Origin: a virus
Lineage: Duplodnaviria > Heunggongvirae > Uroviricota > Caudoviricetes
Strand: one strand, 5' to 3'
Virus record (IMG/VR): IMGVR_UViG_3300033076_000838
Span: 175,836 to 239,835 of that record
Length of the DNA: 64,000 nt
The notes beneath the pieces were generated by a model. That model ran no database searches, was not told the DNA's origin, and saw only the letters and a program-made list of their open reading frames with translations. Both the position numbers and the translations under genes were made by a program. Of the stretch, positions 8,594 to 17,147 are shown piece after piece (positions within the stretch are counted from its first letter, which is position 1; each line of letters opens with the position of its first letter).

Positions 8594-9667
8594 ATGAACT
8601 GGCTGAAATATTTGGTAGGATTATCAGCGATAATTGTTGCCGGATGTGCTGCTTATTTTTCGGTTACAGGTTTGGGCGTTTTATTCGCCGGAGCATCTAC
8701 ATCGGTAATGATAATGGCAGGTTCATTAGAACTTGCTAAGTTAGTTGCTGCAACTTATCTAAAACAAACGTGGGATGATATTAAAGGATTCAACAAATGG
8801 TATTTAACCCTTTCAGTTGGTATTCTTATGATGATTACATCTGCAGGTATTTTTGGTTATTTATCTAATGCATTCCAACAACAAAATTTAGCATTACAAC
8901 AAGTTGATAGAGAGATTTTAGTGCATTCAACAAAAATAGAACAAAACACCAATCAAATTACACAACTCTCTACGCAAATTACCGAATTCAATTCTAATCA
9001 AGGTAAAATCATAGATGGTGGTAAAGTAAATTCACGTCTATTACGTTCAATCGATAATAGAGATAAACAAATTGCAAAGTTAAATGATAAGATTGCAAAA
9101 TTACAAGAAGATAATGCTACTGAAAACGATGCAATCAATAAAATCAAAACTGATAATTTAGGTTTAGAAAAAGAAGTTGGTGGATTTAGATTTGTTGCTG
9201 AAGCCTTTGGATTGGAATTGAATACTGTCGTTAAGTTCTTCATCTTTATTATTGTAATAGTATTTGACCCTCTTGCAGTTGCACTAATCATTGCGTTTAA
9301 CGGATTGATTGGTAAGAAAAATATGTATGGTGAATCCGAACCCTTAGTGGAAAAAAATTATCAAATTTACGAAGATAGTGGAAAAAATTCTACAATTGAT
9401 GAAGAAATTCCAATTATGGTAGAAAATACTCCACAATTTGATGAAGCAGATTTGAACAAAGATGGAGTTGTAAGTGAAGAAGAACTTAGAGAGTGGTATG
9501 AAAAAGATGGATGGAAAGACCCATATCAGGGTAAATCTTATTTTACTCACCCGTGGTTTGATTGGAAAAAGAAAGAACGTTGGGTAAACGATAGAGAGGC
9601 TATCAATTACTGGTTAAATCACGAAGGTGGTAATCATAATGCATTAAAAGAATTACAAAAAAAATAA
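8594..9667 (+). CDS. Multi-pass membrane protein with coiled coil and EF-hand-like loop
   Basis: Three N-terminal hydrophobic helices, a heptad coil, one more TM helix, then DLNKDGVVSEEE. Confidence 0.7.
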   Translation: MNWLKYLVGLSAIIVAGCAAYFSVTGLGVLFAGASTSVMIMAGSLELAKLVAATYLKQTWDDIKGFNKWYLTLSVGILMMITSAGIFGYLSNAFQQQNLALQQVDREILVHSTKIEQNTNQITQLSTQITEFNSNQGKIIDGGKVNSRLLRSIDNRDKQIAKLNDKIAKLQEDNATENDAINKIKTDNLGLEKEVGGFRFVAEAFGLELNTVVKFFIFIIVIVFDPLAVALIIAFNGLIGKKNMYGESEPLVEKNYQIYEDSGKNSTIDEEIPIMVENTPQFDEADLNKDGVVSEEELREWYEKDGWKDPYQGKSYFTHPWFDWKKKERWVNDREAINYWLNHEGGNHNALKELQKK

Positions 9668-9669
9668 AT

Positions 9670-9993
9670 ATGGTGACAGTTTCAGAATCTGCGGCTAAAA
9701 AACTTAATAATCTTATAGAAGAAAGTGGGTTTACTACTCCTTATGTAAGAGTGGCAGTTAAAGGTGGTGGGTGTAGTGGTTTATCATATGACCTTTCATT
9801 TGATACCAACCAACAACCGAATGATACACTTGCTGAAGATAAAGGTATAAAAATCTTAGTAGATAATAAATCTCTATTATACCTATTTGGGACAGAATTG
9901 GAGTTTTCCGATGGATTAAATGGTAAAGGATTCCAATTTATTAACCCAAATGCCAGTAGAACCTGTGGTTGTGGGGAAAGTTTTTCCCTATAA
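9670..9993 (+). CDS. iscA: A-type Fe-S cluster carrier (IscA/HesB family)
   Basis: RVAVKGGGCSGLSY and the C-terminal CGCGESF motif. Confidence 0.92.
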   Translation: MVTVSESAAKKLNNLIEESGFTTPYVRVAVKGGGCSGLSYDLSFDTNQQPNDTLAEDKGIKILVDNKSLLYLFGTELEFSDGLNGKGFQFINPNASRTCGCGESFSL

Positions 9994-9995
9994 AA

Positions 9996-10027
9996 TTTGG
10001 TAATATCAGATATTTTTCGTATATTTG
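9996..10027 (+). promoter_or_regulatory. Bacteroidota-type primary sigma promoter
   Basis: TTTG-N20-TATATTTG, matching the Bacteroidota -33/-7 consensus. Confidence 0.8.
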
Positions 10028-10045
10028 TTATATAAAAAATACGAT

Positions 10046-10945
10046 ATGAATTTAGGTTACGCATGTATCAATATGACATTAGGAGAACAAACTCCTAAGA
10101 TTACTACCAATCGTAGTATGGTCAAAAAAACCTTTGCACAAAAAGGTACATCTTACGCATCAGAGTTAGCGTTACAAAATGTACGTGATTTGTTTGAAAT
10201 CATCAAATGGAACGTAAAATCTAACATCAAAGTATTTCGTGTATCATCCGATATATTCCCGTGGGGTAGTGAATACAACTTAGAAGATTTACCTGATTAT
10301 GGTAAGATTTCAAATATTCTAAAAGGTTGTGGAACTTACGCAAAAGAAAACGGATTACGAATTACATCACATCCCGGTCCTTTTAACGTATTAGTTTCAC
10401 CAAACGAAAACGTAGTTCAAAATACTATTAAAGATTTAGAATTACATGGTAAATTATTTGATATGATGGGATTATCTCTCACTCCTTACAATAAGATTAA
10501 TATCCATTGTAATGGTGTTTACGGAGATAAAATCTCTGCGTTGGATAGATTTATCACTAACTATAAAAGACTCTCTCAATCGGTTCAAAAACGTTTAACA
10601 ATTGAGAATGATGATAAGGCATCGATGTATTCGGTAGATGATTTAGTTTATGTCCATAATAAGATTGGTATTCCGATTGTATTTGATTATCATCATCACC
10701 AATTTTGTACTGGTGGTCTTACCGAAGAAGAGGCGTTAACCAAAGCAGTATCAACTTGGCCAAAGGATATTAAACCTATCGTTCATTATTCAGAATCCAA
10801 AGCGTTACATGAAAATGATACAAAACAAAAACCACAAGCCCATTCAGATTATATCAACTCACTCCCTAACACATATGGATTAGATGTAGATATTATGGTT
10901 GAGGCAAAGGCGAAAGAATTAGCAATATTACCTTTTATTAAATAA
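10046..10945 (+). CDS. uvsE: UV-damage endonuclease (UvdE/UvsE)
   Basis: MNLGYACIN, FRVSSDIFP, RITSHPGPF, KINIH, LTIENDD, PIVFDYHHH, AHSDY, MVEAKAKE. Start moved to 10046, downstream of the promoter. Confidence 0.93.
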   Translation: MNLGYACINMTLGEQTPKITTNRSMVKKTFAQKGTSYASELALQNVRDLFEIIKWNVKSNIKVFRVSSDIFPWGSEYNLEDLPDYGKISNILKGCGTYAKENGLRITSHPGPFNVLVSPNENVVQNTIKDLELHGKLFDMMGLSLTPYNKINIHCNGVYGDKISALDRFITNYKRLSQSVQKRLTIENDDKASMYSVDDLVYVHNKIGIPIVFDYHHHQFCTGGLTEEEALTKAVSTWPKDIKPIVHYSESKALHENDTKQKPQAHSDYINSLPNTYGLDVDIMVEAKAKELAILPFIK

Positions 10946-10946
10946 T

Positions 10947-11066
10947 ATGGAAAATCAAGGAAAAACAAAACAACAAATGGAGGATTCAGAAAATTTTGTA
11001 TCCATCGGTGTAGTAGGTGCAATTATTACATTAGTGGCTGTAATTTTGGTTGAATTATTTTTTTAA
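10947..11066 (+). CDS. Small single-pass membrane protein (39 aa)
   Basis: Manual translation MENQGKTKQQMEDSENFVSIGVVGAIITLVAVILVELFF; abuts both neighbours. Confidence 0.6.
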   Translation: MENQGKTKQQMEDSENFVSIGVVGAIITLVAVILVELFF

Positions 11067-12452
11067 ATGAAATTAAGAGATTATCAGATAGAACCAGTTG
11101 CCATTGGTATTGAATTTTTTAAAACACCAAAAATGGCACCTTCGATTATCGTTGCACCTACTGCATTCGGTAAATCAATTGTTATTGCCCATATCGCAAA
11201 AGGTATCGGTGAAAAGGTATTAGTAATTCAACCTTCAAAAGAATTATTGGAACAAAACTACAACAAACTTATTACATTAGGAGGTACTGCATCAATCTAT
11301 TCTGCATCTATGGGTGAGAAAGAGATTGGTGATATTACTTATGCAACAATAGGTTCAATCATAAACATTGCTTGGAAATTTAAAGAATTAGGAATTACTA
11401 AGGTTATTATAGATGAGTGTGATAGATACCCTCGTGATAAAAGTGGTCAATTACGAAAGTTTATTGATTCACTCAAAGCAACTCACGTTTTAGGTTTAAC
11501 TGCAACTCCCTTAAAATTACAAACCAATATGGGAGAAACTGGTCCTTACTCTAAGTTAGTAATGTTGACCAATCGTTCTAAACATGGAACATTCTTCAAA
11601 CACATTATTCACGTTTCCCAAATTCAAGATATTGTTGATATGGGATTTTGGACTCCGTTAGAATATCAATCATATGATTTCGATACCGGAGCATTGGTGT
11701 ATAATTCAACTGGTGCTGAATATACCAACGATTCTATTGCACGTGCATATGAGAATCAAAATTTACAAGATAAGATTGTTAAAAAGGTTCACGAACTTTA
11801 CGATAGAAAATCTATATTAGTTGCAGTACCTACTATTGAACAAGCAACAATACTTGCGGGTAAAATTCCATCTGCAGCAGTAGTACATGGAGAAACTCCA
11901 ACTGCAGAACGTAATCGTATTATTGAAGAGTTTCGTTCACAAAAGATTAGAGTTATAGTTCAGGTGAATGTATTGACGGTTGGATTTGACTATCCAGAAT
12001 TAGATTGTTTGATTACCGCAAGACCAACTGCATCTATCTCATGGTGGTATCAGTTTGTTGGTAGAGGAACTCGTATTCATCAAAACAAAAAAGATTGTTT
12101 AGTTGTTGATTTTGTAGGTTCATTAGAAAAGTTTGGTAAAGTTGAAGCACTTTATTACAAAGAAGATAATGAAGGTATTTGGGAATTGTATGGTGAGAAT
12201 AAAAAGAAAATCACAGGTATTCCAATGCATGAAATTGGTATTCACTTAGAAGGTGGAATCAATCTTGCAGAACAACGAAATGCAGAAGGTGAAATCGAAA
12301 AGGTGTATATGACGTTTGGTAAATATAAAAACAAACCAGTTGCATCCATTCCACCATATTATCGAAAGTGGTTATTGGATAATATAACATGGAATCCATA
12401 TAACGTAAAAATTAAAAATGAAATTATCCGTTTAGAACAATTAAAAAAATAA
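11067..12452 (+). CDS. SF2 DExH helicase (RadD/YejH/UvsW-like) with small C-terminal FGKY domain
   Basis: LRDYQ, APTAFGKS, IIDECD, GLTATP, LTVGFDYP, YQFVGRGTR; C-terminal TFGKYKNKPVASIPPYYRKWL. Confidence 0.9.
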   Translation: MKLRDYQIEPVAIGIEFFKTPKMAPSIIVAPTAFGKSIVIAHIAKGIGEKVLVIQPSKELLEQNYNKLITLGGTASIYSASMGEKEIGDITYATIGSIINIAWKFKELGITKVIIDECDRYPRDKSGQLRKFIDSLKATHVLGLTATPLKLQTNMGETGPYSKLVMLTNRSKHGTFFKHIIHVSQIQDIVDMGFWTPLEYQSYDFDTGALVYNSTGAEYTNDSIARAYENQNLQDKIVKKVHELYDRKSILVAVPTIEQATILAGKIPSAAVVHGETPTAERNRIIEEFRSQKIRVIVQVNVLTVGFDYPELDCLITARPTASISWWYQFVGRGTRIHQNKKDCLVVDFVGSLEKFGKVEALYYKEDNEGIWELYGENKKKITGIPMHEIGIHLEGGINLAEQRNAEGEIEKVYMTFGKYKNKPVASIPPYYRKWLLDNITWNPYNVKIKNEIIRLEQLKK

Positions 12453-12484
12453 TTTGGAAATACAATAATTTTTTCGTATCTTTA
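12453..12484 (+). promoter_or_regulatory. Bacteroidota-type promoter
   Basis: TTTG-N20-TATCTTTA. Confidence 0.7.
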
Positions 12485-12489
12485 ATTTA

Positions 12490-12774
12490 ATGAAAAAAAT
12501 GCTATTAGTGCTAATGTTATTGGGAGTGATGACATTAGAGGGGAAACCCAAATATAGAATTGAGACTTGGATTGATAATGGAACTCGTTATTATCTACCA
12601 CAAAAAAAAGTGTGGTATAAAACAAATTATTTTACTTTACCAATTAAGGTGTGGCAAAGTGGAGCATTTCCATTTCAAAATCAATCACAAGCAGAAGAGA
12701 TTATTCAAAATTGGAAAATGGATTATCAAGCAAAATTAGATTATAGACGTTCGGAATATATAGAAATAAAATAA
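12490..12774 (+). CDS. Hypothetical protein with N-terminal signal/hydrophobic segment
   Basis: MKKMLLVLMLLGVMTL. Confidence 0.65.
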   Translation: MKKMLLVLMLLGVMTLEGKPKYRIETWIDNGTRYYLPQKKVWYKTNYFTLPIKVWQSGAFPFQNQSQAEEIIQNWKMDYQAKLDYRRSEYIEIK

Positions 12775-12775
12775 T

Positions 12776-13150
12776 ATGGATAATTTTTTAAGATATTGGC
12801 CAGTAATATTACTATTTTCAATATTGATACTTGCAATTGGATTAAGTGTGAATCATAGTAAAGTTAATATAACAAAAGCTGAAGAAAGTTATTTGATTAA
12901 ATTGGAACAAATTGATTCTCTACAAAATGTAATTGATTCATTACAAACTGAATTAAAATTTCAAGATGATGGATTTGATAGTAAAGAAAATAGATATGAA
13001 GATATTATAAGTGAATATGAAATTGGATTATCTTATTTAAAAGATTACCATCCAAAAGCATATAAAGATTTTCATAGAATAATTGGGATGAGAGAACGAT
13101 ATAGCAGAGAATTAGATAGAGAAAATAAACAAAGATTAAAAATAGAATAA
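12776..13150 (+). CDS. Membrane-anchored coiled-coil hypothetical protein
   Basis: N-terminal TM helix followed by a heptad pattern. Confidence 0.65.
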   Translation: MDNFLRYWPVILLFSILILAIGLSVNHSKVNITKAEESYLIKLEQIDSLQNVIDSLQTELKFQDDGFDSKENRYEDIISEYEIGLSYLKDYHPKAYKDFHRIIGMRERYSRELDRENKQRLKIE

Positions 13151-13151
13151 T

Positions 13152-13421
13152 ATGTTACAAATTACAAAAGAAGAATTGGTAGAAAAATTATTAGTAGAAG
13201 AAATTTCCGTAACTTTTACAAAGGCAGATGGTACTGATAGAACTATGTTATGTACCAAACAATTTAGTAAAATACCGCAAGAGTTTCACCCAAAAACTGA
13301 TAAGGTTGTTAAATTAGATGAAAACGGAAACGTAATCGAAACGGATTTGATTTCAGTTTGGGATTTAGAAAAACAAGGATGGAGAAGTTTTAATTTTAGT
13401 AAAGTAAAAGAAATTGTTTAA
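13152..13421 (+). CDS. Small SH3/WYL_2-like beta-barrel phage protein
   Basis: VTFTKADGTDRTMLCT ... VWDLEKQGWRSF pattern. Confidence 0.65.
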   Translation: MLQITKEELVEKLLVEEISVTFTKADGTDRTMLCTKQFSKIPQEFHPKTDKVVKLDENGNVIETDLISVWDLEKQGWRSFNFSKVKEIV

Positions 13422-14527
13422 TGAATACGATAGATAAAAAGTATCAAGACCTGTTACAAGATATTTTAGATAATGGAGTAAAGAAAAAAGATAGAACCGG
13501 AACTGGTACTATATCCGTATTTGGTAGACAAATCCGTCACAAAATGTCACAAGGGTTTCCATTACTAACCACAAAAAAAATGGCGTGGAATGTAATGGTT
13601 ACGGAACTCCTATGGTTTTTAAGAGGAGATACTAACATTAAATTTCTATTGGATTATAATTGTCATATTTGGGATGGTGATGCTTACAAAGTACATTTAC
13701 ATAATGCTCCCATAGGAAATGAAAATTATTTAACAAAAGAAGAATTCATTGCCAAAATTAAAACCGATAAAGAGTTTGCAAAGGTATGGGGTGATTTAGG
13801 ACCAATCTATGGTAAACAATGGCGAAGTTGGAAACGAAACGCAACTCGTGATGAAAAAATAGTTGAACCGGGTGTTTATACAAAATATATAGACCAAATA
13901 GATAATCTGATTAATGAACTCAAAACAAACCCAGATAGTAGAAGATTGATGGTTAATGCTTGGAATGTTGGTGAATTAGACCAAATGGTTTTACCACCTT
14001 GTCATTATGGATTTCAAGTTTATACAAGAGAATTAAGTAATAAAGAACGATATAGAATTTGGTTTAATAAAAACTATGAGAGTGGTATGGAGTTTAACGA
14101 TGAACTGATACCTGATTTTGATGACAAGTATTATGAATCCACTCCAAAGAGAGCAATTTCTTTAATGTGGAATCAACGTTCGGTAGATACATTTTTAGGA
14201 TTACCATTTAACATTGCTTCTTACGGATTACTATTAGAGATTATAGCAAAGGAGGTTGGGATGTATGCAGATGAACTGATTGGTAACTTAGGAGATGTAC
14301 ATTTGTATTCTAATCACATAGAACAAGCAAAAGAACAAATCAGTAGAGAACCATTTGATTTACCAAAGATTAACATCACCGAACGAAATTGGTATCTACA
14401 TGAAAAAGTAAAAGAACATTTAGGTCCTAAAACATTTAGTGAAAAGATTTTAAGTTATAGACCAGATTGTTTTGAATTACAAAATTATATATCACATCCA
14501 AAATTAAGAGCACCTTTAAGTAATTAG
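13421..14527 (+). CDS. thyA: Thymidylate synthase
   Basis: DRTGTGT, FPLLTTKK, GDLGPIYGKQWR, LPPCH, QRSVDTFLGLPFN, GDVHLY. Confidence 0.96.
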   Translation: MNTIDKKYQDLLQDILDNGVKKKDRTGTGTISVFGRQIRHKMSQGFPLLTTKKMAWNVMVTELLWFLRGDTNIKFLLDYNCHIWDGDAYKVHLHNAPIGNENYLTKEEFIAKIKTDKEFAKVWGDLGPIYGKQWRSWKRNATRDEKIVEPGVYTKYIDQIDNLINELKTNPDSRRLMVNAWNVGELDQMVLPPCHYGFQVYTRELSNKERYRIWFNKNYESGMEFNDELIPDFDDKYYESTPKRAISLMWNQRSVDTFLGLPFNIASYGLLLEIIAKEVGMYADELIGNLGDVHLYSNHIEQAKEQISREPFDLPKINITERNWYLHEKVKEHLGPKTFSEKILSYRPDCFELQNYISHPKLRAPLSN

Positions 14528-14529
14528 TT

Positions 14530-14775
14530 ATGGCTAAGAAACCAGAACCATCAATTAAAGATAAACCATTAAAGTTTGAATACACTTACGAAGATGATGA
14601 ATCTATTTCTATTTGGAAATATGATAAAACAAAATTCCTTAATGGTCCAATATCAGTAGAATATAAATGGAAACCTGCATATACGAATAGGATGAAATTA
14701 TTACAAAAGCAGGAAAAAGAATCAAAGAAAAAGAAAACTAAAACTAACGAAAAAACGTTAAATAAGTTTAAGTAA
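14530..14775 (+). CDS. Hypothetical protein
   Basis: ORF track; packed tightly between neighbours. Confidence 0.6.
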   Translation: MAKKPEPSIKDKPLKFEYTYEDDESISIWKYDKTKFLNGPISVEYKWKPAYTNRMKLLQKQEKESKKKKTKTNEKTLNKFK

Positions 14776-14776
14776 A

Positions 14777-14808
14777 TTTGGAATTATCAAAATATTTTCG
14801 TATCTTTA
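14777..14808 (+). promoter_or_regulatory. Bacteroidota-type promoter
   Basis: TTTG-N20-TATCTTTA. Confidence 0.7.
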
Positions 14809-14839
14809 CATAATATTAACCAAATACTAAATAAATTTT

Positions 14840-15037
14840 ATGAGTAATACTACAATTACTATTCCTATTTCACTAATAAAAGAAACACCAAACAATTTTG
14901 AATTGGGTGAAAAAATTAGAAAAATATTCAACGAAACTATTAAAGAAGGACATTCTATATTTCCAGATAATGTAGAATATACCGATGAGTATTTCAAACC
15001 AAATTATGTAAATCCTTACAAATCAAATAAAAAATAA
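14840..15037 (+). CDS. Hypothetical protein
   Basis: ORF directly after a promoter. Confidence 0.6.
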   Translation: MSNTTITIPISLIKETPNNFELGEKIRKIFNETIKEGHSIFPDNVEYTDEYFKPNYVNPYKSNKK

Positions 15038-15041
15038 TAAC

Positions 15042-15659
15042 ATGCAAATTGTAAAAGACAAACTTAAACTATCTAAACCGATTAAACCTTCAAAATTATC
15101 TGCAGAAGAAATTCAAAAGATTACGGATACTCTTACTACCGAATTAGAAAAACATGGTGGTATTGGATTATCTGCTAATCAGTTAGGTTTGGATGTTCGT
15201 GCATGTATAATTAAGGTAATCGACCCGTTAGTTTTAATCAATCCAACTATTATTGAACGCTCAGAAGATGCTGTTGCGTATGTAGAACAATGTCTATCTA
15301 TTGATAAGACGTTAAAAAGTCCAGTTAAGACAGTTCGTTCAAAACGAATTTTAGTAGAAACTGATAATTTAGGTGTAGTGGAATTTAAAGCAGATAATCA
15401 ATTTAACGATTGGAAAGATGCAGATGAATTCTTTGGTGATGCTGGTTTAATGGAATGTGTTTGTGCACAACATGAAATCGACCACTTAGATGGTATTCTT
15501 ATTACAAACCCAGAACGTAGATACACAACTACTTACATTGCACCAAAATCTTATGGTAGAAATGAAATGGTTATGGTTAAATTACCAGATGGGAAAACTG
15601 AATTTATGAAATATAAAAAAGCACAGAAATTTTTAGAAGTGGGTGCGGAGATTGTATAA
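15042..15659 (+). CDS. def: Peptide deformylase with C-terminal extension
   Basis: GIGLSANQ, EQCLS (variant of EGCLS), QHEIDHLDG. Confidence 0.9.
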   Translation: MQIVKDKLKLSKPIKPSKLSAEEIQKITDTLTTELEKHGGIGLSANQLGLDVRACIIKVIDPLVLINPTIIERSEDAVAYVEQCLSIDKTLKSPVKTVRSKRILVETDNLGVVEFKADNQFNDWKDADEFFGDAGLMECVCAQHEIDHLDGILITNPERRYTTTYIAPKSYGRNEMVMVKLPDGKTEFMKYKKAQKFLEVGAEIV

Positions 15660-15660
15660 T

Positions 15661-15888
15661 ATGGCAAAAATGACATTTAATATAAGTGGTGATGATTATA
15701 GAGAAGCATCTAACATAGAACTGACAGTGCCGGATGATATGAACATATTTGAATATAAAACAATATGTATTAGAATGGCATCGGCATTAGGTTATCATCA
15801 CACAACGATTGAAAAAGCTTTTGTAGAAACCGAAGAAGAGCGTAAAACTTTTAATGATTTAATAAATGAGCTCAAAAAAACTATCTAA
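15661..15888 (+). CDS. Hypothetical protein
   Basis: ATG at 15661 (MAKMTF) preferred over the overlapping GTG at 15643. Confidence 0.6.
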   Translation: MAKMTFNISGDDYREASNIELTVPDDMNIFEYKTICIRMASALGYHHTTIEKAFVETEEERKTFNDLINELKKTI

Positions 15889-16114
15889 GACAGAACATAT
15901 CAAATTATTAGAACAACATATAATCAATCATAGTTTTATAATTGATGCGTTGATTCATACGATAATTGAAAACAATATTTGCACATTTGATGAATTACAA
16001 CAAAAGATTCAGAAAAATGTTAAGATAGTTGAAAACGAATTAAATAACACCCCCACCCAATCCGATGAGGAAACTCCAATAATGAATTACTTTGGACCAA
16101 TGGGTGAAGCATAA
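15866..16114 (+). CDS. Hypothetical protein
   Basis: ORF track; operon-like packing. Confidence 0.6.
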   Translation: MSSKKLSKTEHIKLLEQHIINHSFIIDALIHTIIENNICTFDELQQKIQKNVKIVENELNNTPTQSDEETPIMNYFGPMGEA

Positions 16115-16123
16115 AAAATACCT

Positions 16124-16387
16124 ATGGAAATAATTTATATAATATTAGGTGCATCATTAGTTTTAAATGTTGCACTTTTTATAGGAGTAAGAAATTTACT
16201 TAAACAAAATGAGGAGTTGGAAGACACCGTTTTGGACACAATATCCGATGTGAAAACAAAAGTATCAACTGCATTGGATGCATTGAAAGATGCAGATTTA
16301 AAAGGTTCGTTTGAATCCGATGATGAAGTTGGAGTGGTTTTCAAAGAAATGAAAGAAATTGTTGAAAATCTAAACGAAATAATTTAA
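16124..16387 (+). CDS. Membrane-anchored coiled-coil hypothetical protein
   Basis: MEIIYIILGASLVLNVALFIGV followed by an acidic coil. Confidence 0.65.
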   Translation: MEIIYIILGASLVLNVALFIGVRNLLKQNEELEDTVLDTISDVKTKVSTALDALKDADLKGSFESDDEVGVVFKEMKEIVENLNEII

Positions 16388-16388
16388 A

Positions 16389-17147
16389 ATGGCAAAACAA
16401 AGAAAACCAAAAGATAAAATTTATTTTGGAACTCCTGCACAAGATGCAATAGTAGAATATAATAAATGTAAAGACCCAGTTAAAAGGTCAAAGATTTATG
16501 AAGAAAGAATTAAATATCCTTTTGAAAAATTAGCAGAAAATGTTTTAAACACATTCAAATTTTCATATTTTGATGTATCTAAAAAAGATATACAAATGGA
16601 AGTAGTTTCTACTATGGTAGAAAAAATGCATATGTTTAAAGAAGGTAAAGGTAGAGCATTCTCTTACTTTACAATTATAGCAAAGAATCATTTGATTTTA
16701 AAAAACAACGGAAACTATAAACGTTGGAAGCAAAATGCTCTTATATCTGAAATGCCAGAAAGTTGGAATCCTGAAAATGATTTCTATGAGGTTGAAGAAG
16801 GAACTGAATTTAGAGAATTTAAAGATATAATGTTAGCATATTGGGATAAACATCTTACTACCATCTTTAATAAGAAGAGAGATATTCAGATTGCAGATGC
16901 AGTATTAGAATTATTCCGTAGAAGTGATTATATAGAAAATTTTAACAAAAAACATTTATATCTACTTATTAGAGAAATGACTGATTGTAAGACTCATTAC
17001 ATCACAAAGGTAGTGAATATAATGAAACAACATCAGAAAAAAATGTTAAACGATTATTTAGAAGAAGGGGATTTTTCAGTAAGAGATGAACCTTTTTGGG
17101 TCTCACCGGATTTAATAAGTGGTGAGGAAGATTATGATGACGAATAA
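16389..17147 (+). CDS. Phage sigma factor, T4 gp55-like (late transcription)
   Basis: GKGRAFSYFTIIAKNHLI resembles the gp55/sigma region-2 'AFxYFTxIAxN' motif. Confidence 0.7.
   Translation: MAKQRKPKDKIYFGTPAQDAIVEYNKCKDPVKRSKIYEERIKYPFEKLAENVLNTFKFSYFDVSKKDIQMEVVSTMVEKMHMFKEGKGRAFSYFTIIAKNHLILKNNGNYKRWKQNALISEMPESWNPENDFYEVEEGTEFREFKDIMLAYWDKHLTTIFNKKRDIQIADAVLELFRRSDYIENFNKKHLYLLIREMTDCKTHYITKVVNIMKQHQKKMLNDYLEEGDFSVRDEPFWVSPDLISGEEDYDDE

Noticed and set aside
9741-10064. Antisense or alternate-frame ORFs in the track (also 2702, 7955, 8998, 9344, 16135, 18029, 20576, 21554, 23129, 43746, 44034, 44397, 46655, 48356, 49712, 53724, 57406, 59394, 63066 and others)
   Set aside because: They overlap well-supported genes, have no motifs or start context, and are expected shadows of AT-rich codon bias.
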